Assembly (NCBI GenBank): GCA_951406725.2
Contig: OX597827.1
Span: 24,490,001-24,554,000 of the forward strand
Source of the DNA: Octopus vulgaris
Taxonomy: Eukaryota
DNA length: 64,000 nt
Reading direction: 5' to 3'
Notes under the pieces: generated by a model
What the model was told of the DNA's origin: nothing
What the model saw: only the letters and a program-made list of their open reading frames with translations
Databases searched by the model: none
Part shown: piece by piece, positions 23,329 to 35,459 of the stretch
Layout: the number at the start of each line of letters is the position of its first letter
How positions within the stretch are numbered: the first letter of the stretch is position 1
Made by a program: the position numbers and the translations under genes

Positions 23329-25157
23329 ACATCTTCACAAATGTATATATAGAGATGTATATATATGCATGTATATAGATATAGATGTATATGTATACAT
23401 GTATATGTATAGCTGTATATGTATATATATAATATAGCTGTATATATATATATAATACACACACATATATACATGTATGTATATGTGCATATTCATTATA
23501 TAAAAGTCAATGACTTTATGTGTGTTCATGTGTTACTTAAACATTCGACAACTACTGCTCCGATCCTAATGAAATTTGGAATACAAAATTGAAGCCTAGG
23601 GAGAAGGGTAATGCTGTATGTTTCATACAATTTCATGGACCAAAATTACTGAATGGATCCTTATGATATTTGGAACTTAGATTCAATGCATAAGGGTGGG
23701 TATAATGCAATATATTTGGTTTGAATTTGAGATGGCTTAAAGGGGGCAGAACCCCCATGAAAATTCATAAATTTTTGATGTTGATGAAATGTCAACCATG
23801 GGTAATTGACACACATCAAGAGGTATTCTCAAAGTTTCCACTTCTCATGAGGATTCTAAGACACCCTAATGGGGGTCCCAAATTTTAGTCATTTTTTTAT
23901 GATCTAAAACTAGGTCAAAAGTACTGAATGGATCTTTATGAAATTATATTCTATGCATAAGGGCCACAACCTCCATGAAAATTCATATATTTTTGCTGTT
24001 GATAAAATTTTAACCATAGTTATTAGACACAATTGAAGTAATATTTATAAAATTTCATCTTCTTACAAGTTAGAAAGACCCCTTCATGAGGACTTAACAT
24101 CTACAATTTTGTCATTTTATCTAAGCAAAGACGAATACTTGTACTCTTTGAGCTGTAGGGTCACCCGAGCATAAAAGATGAGTGTTATTTGTAATTCAGT
24201 GGTACAACAGTGTAAGAGTTTGCTTTGACATACACTTACATTGTGATTTCTGCAATGTGGTGCATAAATTGTCAAGTAAATGAGAGACATCTTTGCCTCC
24301 ACTGATTCAGTTGCAAAGTGTTGAGTAAAGTTACTTGGTTGCAGACCTCCTTTCAGTATTTTTATTATCACTGGGTCACGCATAGTTCCAAGATGGTAAA
24401 ATTGATTTCAAGGCCTTCCCAGTTGAGTGACTGGTTATTCAAAGACATTTATAGATTGTAAATTTATTCTGTAAATTACATATCAGTATAGTGGTCATTT
24501 GCAAACTCCAGAGGTGACACTTTCATTCCTCCTTAGCCCTCACGTCACACAGTTGTTAATGTTTATTTCAGTTGGGTCATGCCCTTCCAATTGCTATAGA
24601 TTTGTAATGCATCTTACAGCTGTGCCTGTCATCTGGATGGTGAGGAATCCTACATCGGGGAGTGGTAACGACTAGGGTACGGTAGCTGACTGCTTATTGT
24701 GATCATTCATCTTTTGGTTTCCTGTAGCTTTGCTCTCTTTTACAAACCTAGTGAAAATATATTTCCTATTTCAAAGAAATTCAAACAATAGATATAAGAC
24801 CCAAGTTAAAAAGATTCTCAACAATTCAACTTCTCTGGTTGACATTAAGATGCCCACCCCCAATAGGGACGTTAACTCTCACATTTTAGAGCTCCATGAC
24901 CTCCATTTTTCAGGAGCAAAATCCTTTTAACAGGTTCCATAAGACTGGAATTTTGGAATCTGCATATAAAATCAGTAGTATGGGATACATGTGGCATGAT
25001 TACAATTTTTTAGGGTGTGTAAAGAGGGAAATAACCCTCATCTGTTATTTTGATGAAATTCGAAACATAGATATTCCAGTTCATTACAGAAAATATAACA
25101 GAAAAGTCTAATTCTTCAATTGCATGTAACTCGGGCAATGCTGGGTATCTCTGCTAG
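22893..25157 (+). mobile_element. Non-autonomous Helitron, composite or nested, with internal cargo
   Basis: A|TCTCTATATATAAAG+(TGTC) 5' end at 22893; second Helitron-like start at ~23493; ~220-270-bp internal subrepeats (23640-24110); 3' end TCGGGCAATGCTGGG TATCTCTG CTAG|T matching the 396-423 terminus. Confidence 0.72.
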
Positions 25158-25546
25158 TATATATATATATATATATATATATGAATGTATATGCCACAAA
25201 ACCTCCTAAAACTGGACACCAATATCTAAGAATTGTCTATTCTTAATTAGATTACCTATGAAGAAGACCAAAGAATACCAGAGTAATCCCTAACATTTTC
25301 CACTTTAAAAGAATAAAAGACAACCTTCCACCATCTAATATGGAATGAAAACCTCTTATAATAATATATTCATTAACTTGTTAGACATGATTAGCACAAA
25401 CAAAGCCTCTTGACTATGTTAACATTATATTTCATAAAAGTATATATATTTTATTCAGCATTTCTCTTCTTTTCATATTTTCCTCTACAATTCCCTACGT
25501 GGAGGAAAAAATATTTTCCTTCAAGCTCCCCCCCCCCCACATACAC

Positions 25547-25945
25547 AATGCTAATTATCAGTTGTGAGAGTCTGTTAAGGTCATATTGACATGGCGAGCT
25601 GTAACACAATGACCAATTAAGACACTTACAGTTTCCCTGTTACCATAAAAAAAACACACATTTTGACCTGGAAAACACAGCTAATAACATAAATGCTTTC
25701 ATTTCCCTGAGGCGTTGAAAATGAAGACATGCAAACACTTGAAGAAACATGTTTCTTCATTCCCAGGGCCTCATGGATCCGAAAGCATTGACCTCGTCAA
25801 CTGTGTTTTCCAGATGGAAATAGGTTTCTATCATAAATGGAAAGTGAAAGTGTTTCAATTGGTTCTTATGTTACGTGCCTCACCCCAACTTAACACACTC
25901 ATTACTATTTGACCTTAATGACTCTCACAATAGACAATTAGCATT
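25547..25945. mobile_element. MITE (~400 bp) with ~37-bp imperfect TIRs
   Basis: AATGCTAATTATCAGTTGTGAGAGTCTGTTAAGGTCA ... TGACCTTAATGACTCTCACAATAGACAATTAGCATT. Confidence 0.7.
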
Positions 25946-26102
25946 AACAAAAACTCGTTCACAGCAGCACAGCATTTCAAAACCATTTTTTTTTTCATCT
26001 ATGGCTCCCTTTCATTCCTATCTAGTTAGGATGGACCCTTGTAGCTACTCCATGGTTAAAAAATCCTATTATATGTTTTTATAATTAAATATTATTAAGA
26101 AC

Positions 26103-26545
26103 AGGTGGTGAGCTAGTCGAATTGTTAGCATTCCAGATGAAATGCTTAGTGGTATTTCGTCTGTCTTTATGTTCTGAGATTGAATTCCGCCAAGGTCGAC
26201 TTTGTCTTTCATCCTTTCGGGGGTTAATAAATTAAGGCGCAATTGTGTACTGGGGTAAATCTAATTAACTGGCCACCTCCCCCAAAATTTCGGGGCTTGT
26301 GCCAAGAGTAGAAAAGATACATGTTAGAGGCAGGCGGCGAGCTGGCAGAAACGTTAGCACGCCGTGCGAAATGCTTAGCAGTATTTTGTCTGTCTTTACA
26401 TTCTGAGTTCAAATTCCACTGAGGTTGACTTTGTCTTTCATCCTTTCAGGGTTGATAAATTAAGTACCAGTTGTGTACTGGGTCGATCTAATCGACTAGT
26501 TCCCTCCCCTCATATTTCAGGCCTTGTGCCTATAATAGAAAGGAT
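26103..26545 (+). mobile_element. Two tandem family C SINEs
   Basis: Heads at ~26103 and ~26333, both ending GGCTTGTGCC..TAGAAA. Confidence 0.82.
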
Positions 26546-26599
26546 TTTTAAGAAAGAAATTGTAAAAATATTTGATGTAGAAAATATAAGCAATTTTTA

Positions 26600-27267
26600 T
26601 TTTATTCTTTACTTGTTTCAGTCATTAGATTGTGGCCATACTGGAGCACCACCTTGAAGTGTCAAACCAATCAACCCAGGACTTATTATCTTTTTTTTAA
26701 GCCTGGCATTTATTCTTTCAATCGCTTTTGCCAAACTGCTAAGTTATGTGTATATGGTATGTTTGTGTGTTGAGTATGGACGTGCAGCCCTTGGGGTGGG
26801 GTTCATACCATTTAGGGATTATTTATATAACAATAACTTTATGGAATCCCGGTTAATCAGAAAACATCGTTTATCTTTTATTTTTCATTTGTTTCAGTCA
26901 TTAGAGTCATGCTGGGACACTGCCTTGAAGAATTTTTATTCAAATGAATCGACCCTTGTACTTATTTTATGGTACCTGGTACTTATCTTTTGCCAAACTG
27001 CTAAGTTACTGGGATGTAAACACACCAACACTAGTTGTCAAGCCATGGTAATGGACAAACACAAACAGAAAGATATGCACTCATAGATATACAGATATAT
27101 ACAACGGGCTTCTTTCAGTTTCCTTCTACCAAATCCACTCACAAGGCTTTTGGTTGGTCCACGGCTATAGTAGAAGACGCTTGTCCAAGGTGCCACATAG
27201 TGGGACTGAAACCAGAACCATGTGGTTGGGAAACAAACTTCTGGCCACACAGCTATGCCTGCACCTA
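26600..27267 (-). mobile_element. Family A SINE (26880-27267) plus an extra tail fragment (26600-26745)
   Basis: Reverse-complement family A motifs. Confidence 0.75.
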
Positions 27268-27869
27268 TTGGAGATAAATTTTAACAACAAAATCATATAT
27301 GCCCCCCCCACCGCCAAGGGCCAAATGGACCATGGCCGAGAACCCAGGCATTAGATTCCTGCTACAACCTCTTTGGTGAATCTCCATAGGAATCCGTCTG
27401 CAGTGGATCTTCACAGAGCTTTATATCAACACCAACCATACCTTGGCCCTGGTCAAAGTCACATGTTATGAAAAAGACCAGGAAATTAGTTGTGTCTCCT
27501 GTTTTTGCTGATATATATATAGGTGTTAAAATAATAAAATAAGAACAGTAATAAATGAGAAAAGAAAAAAAATATAGTGCTTGCGCTTATTTGGCAAAAA
27601 AATAAATATAATGACCATCCCAAAATGCCACAATATATAAGTGTATATAGCTGGAATTTACAAAAAGCAAAACAAAACAAAAGACAAAGACAGGTGTGTA
27701 AACAACAAACAGATGTATTAGTTTAACGCTCTGGAAGTGAGAAAGTCTTTAATGTTTCAACAGAAAGGAACAGAGAAATAAACAGGGAGAGAAAAAAGTT
27801 TTAGTGGCTAGTGATCAACCATGGCGAATGCCAGACAGTGGTGGTCAGACATGTGTATATATATATATA

Positions 27870-27954
<85 letters not shown>

Positions 27955-27987
27955 AATCTCTGGGCGAGATATAAGCAGTAACTGCTC

Positions 27988-28156
27988 TATAACATAAGAG
28001 GGATCAGCCATCTGAATGTGGGTAGGGTCAGGGCGGGGTCGTAGGGTGTCAGCTCTTCTGGTGATGTCGATGTTCGCCTGGGGCTAAATGCATCAGTAAC
28101 ACCCCCACCACCCCGCCCTGACCCTAGCCACATTCAGATGGCTGATCCCTCTTATG

Positions 28157-28161
<5 letters not shown>
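27988..28161. repeat. Palindromic element: 52-bp near-perfect inverted arms, 70-nt spacer
   Basis: TATAACATAAGAGGGATCAGCCATCTGAATGTGGGTAGGGTCAGGGCGGGGT and its reverse complement at 28110-28161; lies between (TA)n tracts. Confidence 0.9.
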
Positions 28162-28205
<44 letters not shown>

Positions 28206-28423
28206 TATACTTATATTAAGGGAGAAAGGGCGAAAACGACCTATGTTCAACATGCTTGAACATTCTGAGATGCTCAAATACTACTAAAAACACCAAATTA
28301 TATATACACGCATATACATACATATATATAATTATTAATTTAATGTATAAATTACCTGTAAGCTTTTATAGCATGCTGACAAAATCATTAACATGATTTT
28401 ATCCTTATATTATATATATATAA

Positions 28424-28477
<54 letters not shown>

Positions 28478-28534
28478 TATATATACACCGTCTAACCCAT
28501 GGTAGCATGGAAAACAGACATTAAATGATGATGA

Positions 28535-28587
<53 letters not shown>

Positions 28588-28599
28588 AATATATATACA

Positions 28600-28860
28600 T
28601 GTCAGTTGTGAGAGTCATTAAGGTCAAATAGTAATAAGTGTGTTAAGTTGGGGTGAGGCACGTAACATAAGAACCAATTGAAACACTTTCACTTTCCATT
28701 TTATGATAGAAACCTATTTCCATCTGGAAAACACAGTCGACGAGGTCAATGCTTTCGGATCCATGAGGCCCTGGGAATGATGAAACATGTTTCTTCAAGT
28801 GTTTGCATGTCTTCATTTCTGAGGCCTCAGGAAATGAAAGCATGTTTTCCAGGTCAAAAT
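28600..28860 (-). mobile_element. Partial inverted copy of the 25547-25945 MITE
   Basis: Near-identical sequence; the same pseudo-peptide KTCKHLKKHVSSFPGPHGSESIDLV appears in both ORFs. Confidence 0.85.
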
Positions 28861-28883
28861 ACGTATAAGTTTCTATGTATGTG

Positions 28884-28948
<65 letters not shown>

Positions 28949-29278
28949 TTATATATATATGTATGTATAACTATATAAGTTGCGTCTGTGTATATATGTA
29001 TTCAGTTTTACTTCTAGGTTTCCTCGCCTATGGACAAAGGTTAAATACACACACACACACAAATTTAGTAGTCACACAACCTAGTGAAAATAGCGGCCAA
29101 AACTCTCATAAACAATCTCTTTAAATAAGAGCTACATTGAACAATAAAGTTCCTGGTAACCGAATGACAGAACTGCTGCAACACTTTAAGTTATACTAAG
29201 CCATATATGGGACTATGCTATCCTGTGTGGACTTTCTGTTTGCTGAGTGATTCACTGCCCTTGTTGACCCAGTTACTG

Positions 29279-29321
<43 letters not shown>

Positions 29322-30626
29322 TACATACATATATATATTTTTCCTAAGTATTACCACTTAAAAACTGAAATAGTTTAGGAAATAAATACAATGCTGATGT
29401 AGACACAAAAATACTGTCAAAATGCTGTCATTTGATCTCCCCCTCTCCCCCCTCTCTCTCTCTCTTTCGAGTTCGTGGAATGTTTGGATTAATGTAATCT
29501 AATCTTAAACACAATCCTTTCACTCAAAACTGACTTCCACTTCGTTTCTGGGTCTTGGAATATTGAAATCCCCAAATTAGAAAAGGATGTTCATTACTTT
29601 ATCAATAGTGAAAAGTAATTTTTGGCCATTCATGAAATAGGCACACATTGTGTATGCTGTCAACACACAAACACACAGAGTGAAAGAGAGAGAGAGAGAG
29701 AGAGAGAGGGAGGAAGAAAGAGATTATATATATATATATTACGTTATTCATATTAATTCATATTAATTCAGACCATTTACTGTTCCAACCAGGAATGAAA
29801 TAAATTTGCAGTTCCCATCTGAGCAACATTCATTCTATGCATTTGGTCTCTTTCCTCCTCCTTGCTTTGTTTTGCAAACATATAGATAGGAGAGGATATC
29901 TTGATGTCTCTCTTTTTTTTAATGTTTTCACATTATAGGGAAATAGATTTTTCCATTAGTTTTAATTAATTAACATAATAACAGCAGATAGAGATGACTT
30001 GCTCGTTATTTTTTTTTTCTTTTTCATCTTCCTCTCTTGTTTCCTTCTAATAAGGAACACCAGACAAATAAACAACAGTGTTTGAAATGATAATGATGCT
30101 AACGGCTTTTAGTAGGTCACATGGTGAGTCAAATTTGGTAACGTTTGTCTTTTTTATTTTTATGCCAAATGGAATCTACACATTATACTAATATCTACCC
30201 CCTCTCCACTAATTCATTAATGAAATTTTACTGTTTCCAGGTAACTATTTCTTACAAATTTCCACAATTTAATTAACAAAACTCATATTTATTCAAACAG
30301 ATTTCACAGGAAAAAAAATTAAAATAATTAATATATTGAGACTTTTACACGAATAGTTCTGGGTTTAGCTTTAATCTGCATTAGGTCCTTGGCCATGGTT
30401 TGGGAGTTCCAAGGTTTTGATGAAAGTGGAACCACTGCTTAGCCATTATTGTTCCCAGGTCTAGTTTGAGTCAGAGGAGTAGCACTTGCCAAAATTCCAG
30501 TTATTGGTTAAAAAGCATGGAACCACCCTGAAGCCAGGTCATGTTGAAATCATGCGATGCAGCTTGGTGGATGTAAACTGTTTTGACAGATAAACTTATT
30601 GAGTCAATGGTGAACATCACTAGAGG

Positions 30627-30885
30627 TGGAGGTGTGTGGCTTAGTGGTTGGACTCATGATTGTAAGATTGTGGTTTCGATTCCTGGACTGGGCGACGTGT
30701 TGTGTTCTTGAGCGAAACACTTCATTTCACATTACTCCAGTCCACTCAACTGGCAAAAATGAGTTAATCCTGCAATGGACTGATGGACTAGCATCATGTC
30801 CAGGTGGCGAATATATATATACCACGTAACCAGGAAACTGACCTTTATGGGTTGATATGACTCGAGAAGTGGACTTTTACTTTAG
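30627..30885 (+). mobile_element. tRNA-derived SINE (family D-like)
   Basis: GTGGAGGTGTGTGGCTTAGTGGTT head and GTTTCGATTCC B box; flanked by ACATCACTAGA/ACATCACCAGA target-site duplication. Confidence 0.75.
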
Positions 30886-31351
30886 ACATCACCAGATGCT
30901 GAACGGATGAACAGGCAACAAACTGCTAATGGCCAGGGTCAACCAGTTCAATGGTCAGCTGTAATCATGATGTGTGCAAATGAGGTATTTCAGCCAGCAA
31001 CAGACCAATATGATGAAAACCCAGTCTAAATATTCATGCTTCATCGCTCAGTTGGGACTTTTGGCATGGAAGGGTTACATTGGTCTGGGCAAGTTGCCCA
31101 ACCGGGTTGAAGATGATTTACAAAAATATTATCATTCTTAGAATCATTACATTTCTTAGAGTTTTTCACATCTTAGTTGGAACACTGTATTTCATTATGA
31201 AAGGCTCCCAAATGGTGTGCTGAGGACCCTGGGGTGCCGTGAGATCAAATGAGAAGTGCTGCAAGATCAACCAAAGGGTACCGTGAAATATACATACATA
31301 TGTGGTACCATGCTTGATCATTTAGAATCAAAAATACATATTGATATTATT

Positions 31352-31713
31352 TTAACCCTTTTGTTACTGTATTTATTTTGAGATGCTCTTTATTTCTTTC
31401 AATTACTTTTAATACAACAAAGAATTTAGTAAAATAACTTAGTTATCATTCAGCTAGTGTTAAGAACATAAATTGTGACTAAGGTTTGGTGGAAGATTTT
31501 AATTCAAAACTTATGAAAACAAGACTTTTGTACTCAGAGCCAGAGCCGGTTTCAGCCGGGTTGGTATCAAAGGGGTTGAGAATTGTTTCTCTATTATATA
31601 TTTTGACCCTTTTGTTACCATATTTCTGTTGAGATGATCTGTGTTTCTTCCAATTAATTTTAAATACAACTGAGCCAGAGGTGGTTTCAGCTGGGTTAGT
31701 ATCAAAAGGTTAA
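31352..31713. mobile_element. Second piggyBac-type MITE pair (second unit internally deleted)
   Basis: TTAACCCTTTTGTTAC...GGTATCAAAGGGG, spacer, TGACCCTTTTGTTACC...TATCAAAAGGTTAA. Confidence 0.75.
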
Positions 31714-32336
31714 GCTTTATATATCATCAGTTCAGATGGTGTATATCAGACATTTAGGTATTAAAATGGAAGAACCATTGGAGCTTCGTTGGTTGGAGTT
31801 GTGTTTATTATAGGGTGGGCCAGGAACCCCAGGGTGGGAATTGCAAAAGGGCTGATGAATTGTCATATTTAATAAAAAAGAAAATTTTTTAAATGTGTCA
31901 AACATCAAGGGAAGCTGGATTATATCATCATTATTGTTGTCATCATCACCATCATTTGACATACACTTTTCCATGCTTGCATGGGTCAGACGGAATTTGT
32001 AGTGGCAGATTTTCTACAGCTGGATGCCCTTCCTGTTGTCACCTATCACCTACTTCCAGGTTAGGTAATATATCTCCAGGAAACAAACAATATTGCTTGT
32101 ATAATAAAAGTGCTCATTTACAATCATTACAGGATGGGAAGACAAGGAGAGACATACACATGCACACACATACATATATGTGTATATGTGTGTGTGAGTA
32201 TGTATATATATTTATATATGTATACATATATATTTATACATATACAGTCTTGGTCAAAAGTATTAGGCCACCCCAATGTGTGTGTGAGTATGTATATATA
32301 TATTTATATATGTATACATATATATTTATACATATA

Positions 32337-33767
32337 CAGTCTTGGTCAAAAGTATTAGGCCACCCCAATGTTTTGGGGTTCTGCTATCTCAATATGAATG
32401 AAACTCTTGCATGTGGTAAATTATGGTATATTTCACAATATACATTAGTTTTAATATCTGGTTGACTCTCTTTTAGCATCAATTACTGCTTTTATACTGT
32501 ACTTATACAACCAATTATGAGTTAGACCAACGTCCAAAATTAACTTATGTTTCCTTGATTATTTCAAAGTTTTATACTAAAATACACTGTGGATACAGTT
32601 AATAAGCAGTAAAAAGCCTCAAACAAGGGTGTTGAGTGAGTGTGAGTGAGGTCAGATCGTAGCTCATCATGAAGATGGAATGTCTCAAAGGCAAATTACT
32701 CAGAAGATGAAATGTTCTTGATTCATGGTGCAAACGATTTTCAAGCACTTCAGAGAGACAAAAGATATGAAGACAATACAAAGAACAGGCAGAAAATAGG
32801 TTTCATCACCTCGTGATGACAAATCAATCATCCGTCAATCACTCAGAAACAGAAGAAAAACATTGTCGGAGCTCTGTGCAGAACTGTTAGAAAAAGGCTT
32901 GTAAAGTACAGTATGAAAGGCTGTGAAGCTAGGAAGAAGCCATGGATTTCTGAAGCAAATATGGAAAAATGTCTTCAGTGAGCCAAAGACCACTCAAATT
33001 GGACCAGTGAGCAATGGTTGAAAGTCATATGGTCTGATGAAAGTAACTATGAGGTAAAATAGTACATGTATTCAATAAACATATAAACTTAATGTAACTG
33101 GTTTGTTGCCCAAAATATATAAAAAGGTATCCAACATAAAGCTAATATTATTTTTCATGTTTTTACTCAGGTTTTCAGTACATATGGTGCAACTTTCGTG
33201 CATTACAGAGTTGGGGAAGCATTTAAGGCTGAATGTCTGGTACCAACCGTGAAACATGGGGGTGGTTCTATCATGGTTCTATCACAGGACCCAGAGAATG
33301 TAGAGCCATCAATTACTAAATTGCATCCAGGAGTGTCAGAAAACAGTGTTATCTTTCAACAGGACAACATTCCATGTCATACAGCAATGAATACTCATCA
33401 ATGGTTTGAGACACAAATTATTCCCATGGACTGGCCAGCTCAATGTCCTGATCTAAATCTGATTGAACACCTATGGAGAACTCTTGATGAAGCTCTCAGG
33501 AACAAAACAATAAAAAATAAAGAGCATTTGTATCAATAGTTGAGAGAAAAATGGAGTAAAATTGCACCTAGCACTTGCAACAAACTAGTTGATTCAATGC
33601 CTAACTGTATAAAAGCAGTAATTGATGCTAAAGTAGCGTGAACCAGATATTGAAACTAATGTATATTGTGAAATATACCATAATCTACCATGTGTACAAG
33701 TTTCATTAACATTGAGATAGCAGAACTCCAAAACATTGGAGTGGCCTAATACTTTTGGCCAAGGCTG
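32337..33767 (+). mobile_element. Tc1/mariner DNA transposon (defective), ~127-bp TIRs, TA target-site duplication
   Basis: TA|CAGTCTTGGTCAAAAGTATTAGGCCAC...GTGGCCTAATACTTTTGGCCAAGGCTG|TA; the left end is also duplicated at 32246-32279. Confidence 0.93.
32780..33640 (+). pseudogene. Tc1-family transposase pseudogene with a 117-nt intron (33054-33170)
   Basis: ARKKPWIS, WTSEQWLKVIWSDESNYE | VF...PTVKHGGGSIMV, FQQDNIPCH...WPAQCPDLNLIEHLW, LVDSMP; stops and an internal deletion. Confidence 0.9.
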
Positions 33768-33799
33768 TATATGTATATACATACATACATATGTATATA

Positions 33800-34120
33800 C
33801 ATCATCATCATCATCATCATTTAATGTCCATTGTCCATGCTGGCATGGGTTGGATGGTTTGACCAGAGCTGGCAAGCTGGAGAGCTGCACCAGACTCCAG
33901 TCTGATTTGGCATAGTTTCTATGGCTGGATGCTCTTCCTAACGCCAACCACCCCAAGAGTGTAACAAGCGCTTTTATGTGCCACCGGCATGGGTGCCATT
34001 TGGGTGGCACCAGTATCTGCCACGACTGTGATTTTACTTGGCTTGACGGGTTTTCTTCTCAAGTACGACATCATGCCAAGGTCTCGGTCATTTGTCATTG
34101 CTTCCGTGAGACCCAACATT
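33800..34120 (-). mobile_element. RTE LINE 3' end with family B tail
   Basis: LGLTEAMTNDRDL peptide continuous with the family B tail and (GAT)n. Confidence 0.8.
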
Positions 34121-34404
34121 CATAGGGTTGGTCCAAGGCTATAATAGAAGACACTTTCCCAAGGTGCCATGCAGTGGGGCTGAAACCAGAACTATGTGGT
34201 TGGGAAGCAAACTTCTTACTACACAGCCACACCTGCGACTATTCATATGCGAAAGACTTCTTCCAGTTTGTGCCACCAATTCTACTCACTAGGCTTTGGT
34301 CAGTCAGTCGGCCCGGAGTAGAAAATATTTGCTTGAGGTGCTGAATAGAGGAACTGAAACTAAGATGACATGGTTGAAATGCAAACTTCTTAACCACACA
34401 GTTT

Positions 34405-34760
34405 GAGTGTTGTTGATGCCAGTGCTGCCTGTCTGGCCCCTGTGCTGGTGGCATGTAAAAAGCACCATTCAAGCGTGGTCGATGCCAGTGCCATCTGACT
34501 GGCTCCCGTGCTGGTGGCACGTAAAGCACACCATTCGAGCATGGTTGATACTAGTCCCACCTGACTGGCCTCCGTGCTGGTGGCATGTAAAATGCACTTG
34601 CTACACTCTCAGAGTGGTTGGCATTAGGAAGGCCATCCAGCAGTAGAAACCCTGCCAGATCAGATTGGAGCCTGGTGTAGCCTCCTGGCTTGCCAGTCCT
34701 CAGTCAAACCGTCCAGCCCATGCCAGTATAGAAAGTGGATGTTAAACAATGATGATGATA
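34405..34760 (+). mobile_element. Family B retroposon with internal GGTGGCACGTAAAAGCACC subrepeats
   Basis: Three ~60-bp subrepeats, then the consensus tail. Confidence 0.8.
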
Positions 34761-34845
34761 ATGACAAAAAAAAATGTTTTCACTAATTTTTGAGGAGGGG
34801 TAGGGATTGGTTTTTGTCAGTTTGAGGACAACTTAGCTTGAATAG

Positions 34846-35180
34846 ATGAAGGTATTCAAAATGGTTCTGTATACTCTGGTTGAAATCCTGCTTAAATCAA
34901 CTTTGCTCACTGAACATTTGAAATATATAGGATGTGTCTGAAACATACTAAATTAATGGGTGTAAGTATGGCTGTGTGGTAAGAAGCTTCCTTCCCAACC
35001 ACATAGTTTCGGGTTCAGTCCCACTGCATGGTACCTTGTGCTTTGACCATAGACTCGGGCTCAACCAAAGCTTTGTGAGTGAATATGGCAGACAGAAATC
35101 TAAAGAAGTCTGTTGTGTCTGTCTGTCTGTAGGCATGTGTGTGTGTGTGTGTGTGTGTGTCTCACCACTGCTTAACAACC
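34846..35180 (+). repeat. Local direct duplication with 36722-37050 (unique flank plus SINE head)
   Basis: GATGAAGG.ATTCAAAATGGTTCTGTATACTCTGG...CTCACCACTGCTTAACA is present twice. Confidence 0.88.
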
Positions 35181-35459
35181 GGTGATGGTATGTTTATGTC
35201 CTCACAGTGGACATAAATACCAGGCTTTAAAAAAAAGAAGTACAGGTGGTCAGCTTATTCAAATAAAAATTCTTCATGGGCACAGACTTGTCACTGAAAC
35301 AAGTAATAGGTGAAAGATAATAAAAGTCTAGCTCTGTGGTTCCCACCCAGGGTCCACATGGCTCCAAGGATCCTTATAAGATTTCTGGGGGGTCCACACA
35401 TGTAAAATAGTAAATTGGAGATCCTCGGCAGTCTTTTAGGGGTTCAGGAAAATAATTCT

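Noticed and set aside
25715-28843. Duplicated small protein gene (KTCKHLKKHVSSFPGPHGSES)
   Set aside because: Both copies lie inside a TIR-bounded MITE and differ by frameshifts.
30225-30246. Recursive splice site-like TTTCCAG|GTAACT
   Set aside because: A single short motif expected by chance; no host transcript established.
30886-30984. 99-nt in-frame plus-strand exon (TSPDAERM...CANE)
   Set aside because: The acceptor is supplied by the SINE tail and the start is the SINE's target-site duplication; no independent coding evidence.
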